DNA of 52,911 nt, from positions 1-52,911 of the IMG/VR virus record IMGVR_UViG_3300032242_000759. One strand, given 5' to 3'. The stretch is from a virus (taxonomy: Duplodnaviria; Caudoviricetes). Below the pieces are notes generated by a model. The model ran no database searches, had not been told where the DNA came from, and was given only the letters and a program-made list of their open reading frames with translations. Positions 24,657-32,324 of this stretch are shown here, piece after piece; the stretch's first letter is position 1, and every line of letters begins with the position of its first letter. Made by a program: the position numbers and the translations under genes.

Positions 24657-24928
24657 ACGGCAGTTACAACAAGGCTGAACGCACATGGATTGGCATGGTT
24701 AAGGAGCAACCCTGCTCTGTCTGCGGCCAAGCCGGGCCTAGCGATGCCCATCACATCAAGCAGGGCAGACACTACACAGTGGTGGCCCTTTGCAAGTCCT
24801 GCCACCAAGGCAGCAAGATGGGATGGCACGGCGAAAAAACTGCGTGGCGCATAGCCAAAATGGAAGAAATCGATGCTTTGAACGTCACGATTGCCAACGT
24901 AATTGGTAGTCTGACTACCATAGGGTAA
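24653..24928 (+). CDS. HNH-like Zn-binding nuclease (DUF968 / Ref-like)
   Basis: CSVCG...AHH...LCKSCHQG..G.H. Confidence 0.75.
   Translation: MNGSYNKAERTWIGMVKEQPCSVCGQAGPSDAHHIKQGRHYTVVALCKSCHQGSKMGWHGEKTAWRIAKMEEIDALNVTIANVIGSLTTIG
24904..24920. promoter_or_regulatory. parS-like palindrome, copy 2
   Basis: Perfect 8-1-8 palindrome TGGTAGTC-T-GACTACCA. Confidence 0.6.
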
Positions 24929-24956
24929 ACACTTAGAAAAATAATTTAAAAAAAGC

Positions 24957-25028
24957 TTGCACACAGAATCTAACTTCGTGTTAGAATTCTTCTCACTGCA
25001 ATGTCGCAGGTTTATTTAGGAGATCAAC
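24957..25028 (+). promoter_or_regulatory. Repeated promoter-operator-leader unit 1
   Basis: TTGCAC-19-TAGAAT; operator TCTAACTTCGTGTTAGA (24969-24985); CTGC-N6-GCAG hairpin; AGGAG SD. Confidence 0.8.
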
Positions 25029-25349
25029 ATGATCACAGAAACGCAAGCAACTATCCAAGCACTCGCCGCTGTCGAGTCATTCTCATCTGACATCGATGCA
25101 CTCTATGTGCTCGATCAGCAAGCCAAAGCATTGGCAGACCAAGTCAAAGCCATGAAAGAGGCCATCGCCAACAAGTACGGAGAAGGCAAGCACGTTGGCG
25201 AGTTGCACTCAGTCACAGTCGCATTGTTCGCTGTCAAGGGTACTGTCGATTACGCCAAGCTTTGCGTGGCATATGGCATCCAAGACGATGTGCTCGACAC
25301 ATTTCGCAAAGCAGATCGCGCAGACATTCGCGTCACACCTAAAAAATAA
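25029..25349 (+). CDS. Hypothetical early protein (coiled coil)
   Basis: Strong SD; first gene after unit 1; followed by a GGGGC-TACG-GCCCC hairpin. Confidence 0.8.
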   Translation: MITETQATIQALAAVESFSSDIDALYVLDQQAKALADQVKAMKEAIANKYGEGKHVGELHSVTVALFAVKGTVDYAKLCVAYGIQDDVLDTFRKADRADIRVTPKK

Positions 25350-25385
25350 ACTACTGGGGCTACGGCCCCATCAAAGGAGCACATC

Positions 25386-25769
25386 ATGAATCTTGGAACA
25401 CACACAGGCAGTTTGGTCAATCACATGTACAGCCGCATGATCGGCGCACCAGCCCCTGAAGTCGGCATGGGGGTCACCATGCTGTCGTGGACTGATCGCC
25501 ACGCAGGCACCATTGTGGAAGTCAACACGAAGAAGCGTTACATCGCTGTCACCGAAGACAACGCCAAGCGCATTGACAACAACGGCATCAGCGAGTCGCA
25601 GGAGTACGAGTACACCCCGGTGATGGACGGGTACCGCAACTACTATCGCAAAGACACCAAGGGAAACTGGAGGCCATGTGTCTTCAACGAGAAAGGCCGC
25701 CTTGTCTTTTGCGGCCACCGAGGCCTGATCGTTGGCCGTCGTGAAACGTACCATGACTTTTCTTTTTAA
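25386..25769 (+). CDS. Hypothetical early protein
   Basis: AAGGAG SD; PEVGMGVT..WTDR...Y.DFSF pattern. Confidence 0.8.
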   Translation: MNLGTHTGSLVNHMYSRMIGAPAPEVGMGVTMLSWTDRHAGTIVEVNTKKRYIAVTEDNAKRIDNNGISESQEYEYTPVMDGYRNYYRKDTKGNWRPCVFNEKGRLVFCGHRGLIVGRRETYHDFSF

Positions 25770-25781
25770 TCGGAGCACACC

Positions 25782-26063
25782 ATGAAAATCAAAATCACCG
25801 CACATGTTCATTACAACAAATACTCGTGGGAAGACGAGGGGAAATTTGAAGTTTTTAGCGTTAGGTTTGACGACGACGATCATCGCACTTACGTTGGCGA
25901 ACAAGAGATCGAGATCGACGTGCCTGATAGCTACGATCCACGCGCCCAGCAGATTGCCGCATTGGAAAAGCAAAAGCAAAAAGTCATGGCCGACTACCAA
26001 AAAATGGTGACCGACATCAACGACCGTATCAGCAAGCTGCAAGCGTTGGAATACACGGTATGA
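25782..26063 (+). CDS. Hypothetical protein
   Basis: GGAG SD; C-terminal coiled coil ISKLQALE. Confidence 0.8.
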   Translation: MKIKITAHVHYNKYSWEDEGKFEVFSVRFDDDDHRTYVGEQEIEIDVPDSYDPRAQQIAALEKQKQKVMADYQKMVTDINDRISKLQALEYTV

Positions 26064-26284
26064 AAATTACACCTATGGAGGCGTATGCCACCACCGATGG
26101 AAAGTTGTTTCACGACAAACTGGAGGCTGAGGCCCACCAGTTCGGCATCGATATCACCCCCGAGATCGAAGCCCACATTGGTGTGGAATACCGGATGTCA
26201 GTCACTGGATATTCTCGCCTGAACTGTATCCTAGATTGGGAAACCTCCCGCAAACTCAATCAACTGAAAGCACAAAATGTCTGA
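26060..26284 (+). CDS. Hypothetical protein
   Basis: ATGA coupling; Y.T.DGKLF....A..H motif. Confidence 0.7.
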   Translation: MKITPMEAYATTDGKLFHDKLEAEAHQFGIDITPEIEAHIGVEYRMSVTGYSRLNCILDWETSRKLNQLKAQNV

Positions 26285-26531
26285 AAAAAAAGAATTGAGC
26301 CCCTTAGCCCGGCAACTTCTGGGTAATAGTGGGGCCGTCAAGTTTTATACCCAACAAGAATTTGACGACGCATTGACGATCGCAAAGGCCGAAATCATGA
26401 CCGTGGCAATTCAGACCAGCAAGCAGGCCATCTTCATTGAGCGGCAGGCCTGCGCTGATCTGGCCGCTGAAGCTGGCTTCTTGGAGTTGGCCGAGTTCAT
26501 TCGTAACCGCATACCAAGTCAAAGGCAATGA
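26277..26531 (+). CDS. Hypothetical protein
   Basis: Overlapping start; ER.ACA motif. Confidence 0.7.
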   Translation: MSEKKELSPLARQLLGNSGAVKFYTQQEFDDALTIAKAEIMTVAIQTSKQAIFIERQACADLAAEAGFLELAEFIRNRIPSQRQ

Positions 26532-26532
26532 T

Positions 26533-26862
26533 ATGGAAAGCCGCCAATCAGATGTAATCGAAAAGATCAGTGAGTCATTGGAAATGCGCGTCAATGAAAC
26601 GCTTAAAGATGCCATTGAGCAATACGATTCAAGCGTGGCACTTTATGTTTTAGTCAACGTAGCAACCAGCATGCTGGCTAAAGCATTGATCATGACTGAT
26701 CCGTCCCACAGAGAAATCGTTGAAGACATTGTGGGAAAAATCGTCAAGATGAAAGTCAAAGAGGGTAACGCTGCTGTGCAGTCTTACGTGGCTATTCATA
26801 AAGCCATGGTCGTGGGATCAGGCTCATACACATGCCAGCAGTACCCACCAAAAAAGAATTAG
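26533..26862 (+). CDS. Hypothetical protein
   Basis: Start MESRQ directly after the upstream stop. Confidence 0.65.
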   Translation: MESRQSDVIEKISESLEMRVNETLKDAIEQYDSSVALYVLVNVATSMLAKALIMTDPSHREIVEDIVGKIVKMKVKEGNAAVQSYVAIHKAMVVGSGSYTCQQYPPKKN

Positions 26863-26875
26863 GGAAAACACCTAC

Positions 26876-26947
26876 TTGTGCATAGACTCTAACTTTGTGT
26901 TAGAATTCTCATCACTGCAATACAGCAGGTTTATTTGAGAGATCAAC
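26876..26947 (+). promoter_or_regulatory. Repeated promoter-operator-leader unit 2
   Basis: TTGTGC-19-TAGAAT; operator TCTAACTTTGTGTTAGA (26888-26904); CTGC-N6-GCAG hairpin; near-copy of unit 1 through GAGATCAACATG. Confidence 0.8.
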
Positions 26948-27547
26948 ATGACAACAATTCGCGGCGCACACATCGAACATCCAGCAGCATGGGAAGCAGC
27001 ACGTAAAGCCAAAATAATTGCCAACGCCCAAAAAACATGGCGTATCAACACTGAGCGTGCAGACGAAATTGAAGACGCTTTGCACTTGGGCCGCATCATT
27101 GGCGACTACGGCCATGAGGGCTACAAAGAGGGTTTCATGGGTTCTATGGCTCAATCCTTCGACAGCTACGGCAAGCTGTCACCTAAGCAGTGTGAGGCCA
27201 TTTTGAAGGGCATCGATGCACGTGCCGCCAAAAAGGCCGAATGGGCCAGCCAGAAAGCCGCTTTGGATGCAAAACGTGCTTTTGTGGGCACCGTGGGCGA
27301 AAAGATCACCTTGACTATCACCACTATGTACATCGTCGTTCTGGACGGCGTGTATGGAACCAACTACATCTACATTTGCGAAGACGCAGACAAGAACGTC
27401 ATCATCTACAAAGGCACTGCATCCAACTTTCCTTTAAAGGGCGAGACGGCCACCATCAAGGCTACCGTCAAGGAGCATGGCGTGCGTGATGGCGTGAAAC
27501 AAACCGTGATTCAACGCCCCAAAATAATTGTTGACACCACAATCTAA
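26948..27547 (+). CDS. Hypothetical protein with a probable C-terminal OB-fold
   Basis: YGKLS.KQ; FVGTVGEK...KATVKEH...GVKQT...RPK. Confidence 0.75.
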   Translation: MTTIRGAHIEHPAAWEAARKAKIIANAQKTWRINTERADEIEDALHLGRIIGDYGHEGYKEGFMGSMAQSFDSYGKLSPKQCEAILKGIDARAAKKAEWASQKAALDAKRAFVGTVGEKITLTITTMYIVVLDGVYGTNYIYICEDADKNVIIYKGTASNFPLKGETATIKATVKEHGVRDGVKQTVIQRPKIIVDTTI

Positions 27548-27602
27548 CTTCATGTTAGAATTCCAATCACTGCACTGAGCAGGTTTAAATAAGGAGTTAG
27601 AT
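27531..27602 (+). promoter_or_regulatory. Repeated promoter-operator-leader unit 3
   Basis: TTGACA-19-TAGAAT; operator TCTAACTTCATGTTAGA (27543-27559); CTGC-N5-GCAG hairpin; TAAGGAG SD. Confidence 0.8.
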
Positions 27603-27851
27603 ATGTCATACATCGCAGAAATTGAAACCCGTATCGCAGGCATTCCCTGCATCGTTGGCGTGACCCACTTTGAGAGTGTCAAGGGCTCGTACAGCTACCA
27701 CGCAGACAGCGACTGGGACTACCATGGATATACCGAATGCGAGTTCGAGGTTCTTGACCGCCGTGGCCGCAAAGCCGCATGGTTGGAGCGCAAACTGACT
27801 GACGAAATCACAAGCGAGATCGAGTCCGAGATCGCCGAATACTTCAACTAA
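27603..27851 (+). CDS. Hypothetical early protein
   Basis: GIPC.VGV...DY.GY...LDRRGR.A.WLERK; strong SD. Confidence 0.8.
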   Translation: MSYIAEIETRIAGIPCIVGVTHFESVKGSYSYHADSDWDYHGYTECEFEVLDRRGRKAAWLERKLTDEITSEIESEIAEYFN

Positions 27852-27861
27852 GGAGAATGAC

Positions 27862-28128
27862 ATGGAAGACTTTAAACCGATGATCAAGATGACCGCCGAC
27901 ACTATGGTAGAGGTGGCTTTAGACACCGCAGGCAAGGCCCAAAGCCTGATGGCCTACTGCGACTACATCGCCAACAGCATCAAGCACAGCTTGCCTGTCG
28001 CAGGCGTTTACACCAGCAAGGTCAAAAGCGACTTGCACCCAGAAGGCGGCTACCTTTTGACTACCAAGAAGACCATCGAGGCCGAGTACCTTGGGAAGAA
28101 ATACATCATCACCGTGGAGGAAGCATGA
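27862..28128 (+). CDS. Hypothetical protein
   Basis: AAGGAG SD. Confidence 0.75.
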   Translation: MEDFKPMIKMTADTMVEVALDTAGKAQSLMAYCDYIANSIKHSLPVAGVYTSKVKSDLHPEGGYLLTTKKTIEAEYLGKKYIITVEEA

Positions 28129-28244
28129 ACATACTCATTGAGATGACTTTGATCACCTTCGTGGCTGTCGGTGGCTTTTTTGTTGGTGTTTTTTTTGGAT
28201 GGCTTGGAGGTTTTGTCCATGGCAATTACTGGAGACACAAATGA
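28125..28244 (+). CDS. 39-aa single-pass membrane peptide (not in the ORF track)
   Basis: GGAGG SD and ATGA overlaps at both ends; MNILIEMTLITFVAVGGFFVGVFFGWLGGFVHGNYWRHK. Confidence 0.6.
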   Translation: MNILIEMTLITFVAVGGFFVGVFFGWLGGFVHGNYWRHK

Positions 28245-28486
28245 ACAAAGACGAAGCATTGAAGCTGGCGCTTGAGGCGCTGGAAGCAGCAGAAATTGAT
28301 GGGAATTGCGAATACGGGGCAACGGAAATTATCCGTGAAGCTTTAGCACAGCCAGCGCAGCGCAAGCCGCTGACGCATGAACAGATTGAGGCAATATTTC
28401 AAGAGTCAGCAGGCGCAGACGAAGGCACAGTGGAGCGTTTTGCAAGAGGAATTGAATTTGCCCACGGCATTAAGGAGAACACATGA
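28241..28486 (+). CDS. Hypothetical protein
   Basis: GGAG SD; EALKLALEALE...PLT.EQI...FAR.IE.AHGI pattern. Confidence 0.7.
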   Translation: MNKDEALKLALEALEAAEIDGNCEYGATEIIREALAQPAQRKPLTHEQIEAIFQESAGADEGTVERFARGIEFAHGIKENT

Positions 28487-28674
28487 ATCGCCAAGAGATC
28501 GACGAAATGATGAAAGATTTACCAAGCCAACAGCCGGAAGAAACCTTGTGTCAAAAGCTGATCATCAGCGCATGGTTTGTCATGTTCCTGATCCTATGCT
28601 GCTACGCACCCGACATTACTTACCAACCCACTGAGGAGATTACCCATGGCAACAGCCAAGAAAACTGCCGCTAA
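28483..28674 (+). CDS. Small membrane protein
   Basis: AAGGAG SD; one hydrophobic segment. Confidence 0.6.
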   Translation: MNRQEIDEMMKDLPSQQPEETLCQKLIISAWFVMFLILCCYAPDITYQPTEEITHGNSQENCR

Positions 28675-28945
28675 AAAGGCCGCAACGAAGAAGGTGGCAC
28701 CTAAGCCTACCCCAGCCAAGAAAACGGCTCCAAAGCGCGTTTTAGCAAGCCAGCGCACGGTTGCCAGCGCAAAGGCAGACGAGATGTTCGCCATGCCGCA
28801 AGAAGTCAAGGAATGGATCGACCGGGCATCGAGCACCATGAAGCATCAAGCCAACCAGATTGCAGTGCTCAAGGATGAGATCGCCAAGCTGAAGGCCTAC
28901 CGCAAATTCGCCGAGCACAGAATCCTTGGCTCCAGCCATGAATGA
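28646..28945 (+). CDS. Protein with a histone-H1-like Lys/Ala N-terminus and a coiled coil
   Basis: GAGGAG SD; MATAKKTAAKKAATKKVAPKPTPAKK. Confidence 0.75.
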   Translation: MATAKKTAAKKAATKKVAPKPTPAKKTAPKRVLASQRTVASAKADEMFAMPQEVKEWIDRASSTMKHQANQIAVLKDEIAKLKAYRKFAEHRILGSSHE

Positions 28946-29114
28946 ACTGCAAATCCAGATGTACGGCACAGCAGAGGTGTACCTTGAAGGCTGGTACAGC
29001 ATTGCCGAACTTCAGGAGGTGATCAAGACCATGGAAGGGATCAATGAGGTCAATCGCATGATGCTAGAAGAGGACAAACCCGATCCCTTCACAAATACCA
29101 TGCTAAAGAGGTAA
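28938..29114 (+). CDS. Hypothetical protein
   Basis: Overlapping start; fills the gap before terS. Confidence 0.55.
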   Translation: MNELQIQMYGTAEVYLEGWYSIAELQEVIKTMEGINEVNRMMLEEDKPDPFTNTMLKR

Positions 29115-29160
29115 ACTTCCAGTTATGCGCTGAAACGATTGCGCGACAAAGGACTGGAAC

Positions 29161-29721
29161 ATGACCGACAAGAAAACAAAAGAACCCGCCGCGCCAAAGA
29201 AGCCGACTGGTAGACCATCCACATACGACCCTGACATCGCTCGACAGATGTGTGAGCAACTCAGTGAAGGAATACCGTTAAGACAGATATGCAGGCAGGA
29301 AGGCTTTCCCCTGTGGAGGACGGTGTATAACTGGATGGCTAAGGATGCTGACCTTTCTTCAGCCATCGCGCATGCGCGTGATGTGGGCTACGATGCCATG
29401 GCCGAGGAATGCCTGACCATCGCTGACACCCCAATGCTGGGCGAGGAGGTCAGCGAGAGCGAGACCCCTGAGGGCAAAGACGAGGATGGGAACATCATTG
29501 TCAAGAAGACGGTGACCATCAAGAAGGTGGACATGCTGGGCCACCGCAAACTCCAGATCGAGACCCGGCTGAAACTGCTGGCAAAGTTCAATCCCAAGAA
29601 GTACGGCGACCGAGTTGTCCACGCAGGCGACGACGAGAATCCGGTGGTGATCGAGAACAACCTTGGTGTCTTTGGCGAATTGCTGGAGAACATTCGCCTA
29701 CAAAGGCAGTCTGAGACATGA
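29161..29721 (+). CDS. terS: Terminase small subunit
   Basis: GRPSTY...CEQL.EG..LRQIC HTH and RKLQIETR..LLAKFNPKKYGD; upstream of terL. Confidence 0.9.
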   Translation: MTDKKTKEPAAPKKPTGRPSTYDPDIARQMCEQLSEGIPLRQICRQEGFPLWRTVYNWMAKDADLSSAIAHARDVGYDAMAEECLTIADTPMLGEEVSESETPEGKDEDGNIIVKKTVTIKKVDMLGHRKLQIETRLKLLAKFNPKKYGDRVVHAGDDENPVVIENNLGVFGELLENIRLQRQSET

Positions 29722-31151
29722 GCGCAGTAGTTGAAGACATCCTCCTGCGCGAGGACACGCAAAAGGAGTTCACCCTTCTCAAGTCCTATAACCAGACCGT
29801 CTTCAACTGGCAGTACAAATGGCTCAAGCAGCAGGCGCACAAACACCAACTGGTGCCCTTGGGCGATTGGTGGAACATCTGGCTCATGCTGGCTGGCCGT
29901 GGAGCCGGAAAGACCCGTGCGGCGGCTGAGACGCTGGCATGGTGGGCATGGAGTGAACCCAACACCCGCTGGTTGGTCTCCGCGCCCACCTCAGGTGACT
30001 TGAAGGGCACATGTTTCGAGGGCGACTCAGGCCTGCTCAAGGTCATTCCATCTGTCTTAATCGCCAAGTACAACAGCAGCCTGCATGAAATCCATTTGAT
30101 CAATGGCTCGTTCATCAAGGGCATCCCAGCGTCCGAGCCTGAGCGGTTCCGGGGGCCGCAGTTCCATGGCGGCTGGCTGGATGAGTTGGCCGCATGGGAG
30201 TATCTGCAAGAAAGCTGGGACATGATCCAGTTCGGCATCCGGCTGGGCCAGCGCACCAAGCTGATCTGCTCGACCACACCCAAGCCCAAAGACGTTGTGA
30301 TCGACCTGATTGGCCGTGAAGGCGACGACGTGACCATCACACGGGCCAGCACGTACTCCAACATCGCCAACCTCGCGCCCAGCTTCAAAAAGCAAATCCT
30401 CCAGTACGAGGGCACCAACCTTGGCCGCCAAGAGATTCACGCTGAGATCATTGACCCGGAAGAAGGCGGCATTGTCAAAAGGGATTGGTTCAGGCTCTGG
30501 CCGGACGGCAAGCCCTTCCCCAAGTTCGAGTACATCATTCAGTCCTACGACTGCGGCTACAAGGACGGCGAGTCCAACGATCCGACCGGGTGCATCACCC
30601 TCGGCGCGTTTAAGCCACTGGACGGCGGCATGTGCGTCATGGTGATCGACTGCTGGCAAGACAAGCTGACTTACCCTGACCTGCGCCCAAAGATCATTGA
30701 CGAGTTCGAGGTGGTGTACGGCGAAGGGCGCGACAAGAAGCGCGTTGACCTGCTGCTAGTGGAAGACAAGGCCGCAGGCATCAGCCTGATCCAAGACTTG
30801 CAACGCGCCCACCTACCCGTGATGGGCTACAACCCCGGCAGGGCCGACAAGACGCAGCGCCTGTCCATCGTGGCTAACGTGATCCGTGCCGGGCGCGTGT
30901 GGGTGCCGGAGCACAGCCAGCGCAAAGGATTCGTTCGGGATTGGGCCGAGGGCATGGTCAGCCAGATATGCAGCTTCCCCGAGACGGCGCATGACGAGTT
31001 CGTGGACTGCATCAGCCAAGGCCTGCGCTACCTGCGTGATGCCGGGTGGATCAGCATCGACGCGCCCCCAAGGGACGACATCGAGGCCGAGGACATCACC
31101 GATGCCGAACTGTTCAACATGCGCTCGAAGGAGAACCCGTACAGTGCCTGA
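29718..31151 (+). CDS. terL: Terminase large subunit
   Basis: AGRGAGKT Walker A, WLDE Walker B, TTPKP; RNase H-like QSYD...VEDKAAG...FP..HDE.VD. Confidence 0.95.
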   Translation: MSAVVEDILLREDTQKEFTLLKSYNQTVFNWQYKWLKQQAHKHQLVPLGDWWNIWLMLAGRGAGKTRAAAETLAWWAWSEPNTRWLVSAPTSGDLKGTCFEGDSGLLKVIPSVLIAKYNSSLHEIHLINGSFIKGIPASEPERFRGPQFHGGWLDELAAWEYLQESWDMIQFGIRLGQRTKLICSTTPKPKDVVIDLIGREGDDVTITRASTYSNIANLAPSFKKQILQYEGTNLGRQEIHAEIIDPEEGGIVKRDWFRLWPDGKPFPKFEYIIQSYDCGYKDGESNDPTGCITLGAFKPLDGGMCVMVIDCWQDKLTYPDLRPKIIDEFEVVYGEGRDKKRVDLLLVEDKAAGISLIQDLQRAHLPVMGYNPGRADKTQRLSIVANVIRAGRVWVPEHSQRKGFVRDWAEGMVSQICSFPETAHDEFVDCISQGLRYLRDAGWISIDAPPRDDIEAEDITDAELFNMRSKENPYSA

Positions 31152-31157
31152 CCGGAA

Positions 31158-31174
31158 TAGTAGTCTGACTACTA
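31158..31174. promoter_or_regulatory. parS-like palindrome, copy 3
   Basis: Perfect palindrome TAGTAGTC-T-GACTACTA in the intergenic space after terL. Confidence 0.6.
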
Positions 31175-31207
31175 AGTAGAAACCCTTACTCAACTTTAGG
31201 AAGAACC

Positions 31208-31426
31208 ATGACTCATGACAACTACCTCGAAATTGTTACCGGAGACAACTACCGAAAAACCGTCCAGCGCGACGGGGTCAAGACGACTATGTGCCTTAAC
31301 AGATTCGAGGTTCTTTGCTTACAAAACGCCGACATGCAAGAGCGTCAGATCATGGCAATGCTTAAAGACTGGCTTAGATATCGCAGGCAAGAGATGCTGC
31401 GAGTGTCTGGGGATATGCCAGAGTGA
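31208..31426 (+). CDS. Hypothetical protein
   Basis: AGGA SD; 72 aa. Confidence 0.6.
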   Translation: MTHDNYLEIVTGDNYRKTVQRDGVKTTMCLNRFEVLCLQNADMQERQIMAMLKDWLRYRRQEMLRVSGDMPE

Positions 31427-31503
31427 TGGGCGATGCGTGGATTGCCCGGTAGACCAAACCTATGGATCAAAGGCATAATTGAGTTATTCATGAAGGGCAA
31501 TAA

Positions 31504-32322
31504 ATGATCCCAGACGACATTCGACGGAAGCTACAGCAATTGCGGCAAGAGGCCGCTATGCGTGCTCAACTGCAACAGCAGTATGACCAAGAGATGGCGT
31601 CGAAGTACATACGGGATATGCCCACATTCAAGGACTGGTTGGCCCAGCGCCAGCAACCCAAAGCCAAGGGTGGCAAGGTCAAGGGCACACAGCCACTGAT
31701 TCCCAAAGATACCGTAAAGGCCTATAAACTTTTCCGTGTCGATCAAAAGCAACCCGGCAAGCTGTTCCCATTATTTGTGGATGCAAACACGCCAGTTGAA
31801 AAAGATCAGTGGGTTGATGCCAAAGTCGGCGAAATGACAGGTAACAAGGTCAAGTCCAAGATCGGGCCATTGGCCTATCGTCCCGGCTGGCATGCAGGCG
31901 ATCTGCCCGTGGCAACTCATATCGGAGAAAAGTCCAACCAAAACCTGACCGCGCCCGACCGTCGCCCCAAAAATCAAGTGTGGGCCGAAGTTGAGATGCC
32001 AAACGATGTGGACTGGCAGTCCGAAGCCAACCGCCGTGGTACAAATGCCCAAGGCAGGCTGGTGCCCGTCAAAGCGCACATCACAGATCAAATTCCCGTT
32101 GGTGGTCATTACCGCTACAAAACAAACCCAAACATGACAGGCAACTGGCTGATCGGTGGCGCGATGAAGGTGAATCGAGTACTGCCCGACGAAGAGGTGC
32201 AGAAGATCAACAAGAAGGCAAAGGTGTCAGACCTGCCCCGCAGTCAGCCAATCAATCTCAAGGATTACGGCTTCCTCAGTGGTGGCCGTGTTCAACCCCT
32301 CATACCTAAGTTCAAGGAGTAA
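31504..32322 (+). CDS. Accessory protein with a possible ADP-ribosyltransferase-like fold
   Basis: AYKLFR...RPGWH...VWAEVE strand motifs, flanked by KAKGG and FLSGG. The fold assignment is tentative. Confidence 0.5.
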   Translation: MIPDDIRRKLQQLRQEAAMRAQLQQQYDQEMASKYIRDMPTFKDWLAQRQQPKAKGGKVKGTQPLIPKDTVKAYKLFRVDQKQPGKLFPLFVDANTPVEKDQWVDAKVGEMTGNKVKSKIGPLAYRPGWHAGDLPVATHIGEKSNQNLTAPDRRPKNQVWAEVEMPNDVDWQSEANRRGTNAQGRLVPVKAHITDQIPVGGHYRYKTNPNMTGNWLIGGAMKVNRVLPDEEVQKINKKAKVSDLPRSQPINLKDYGFLSGGRVQPLIPKFKE

Positions 32323-32324
32323 CC

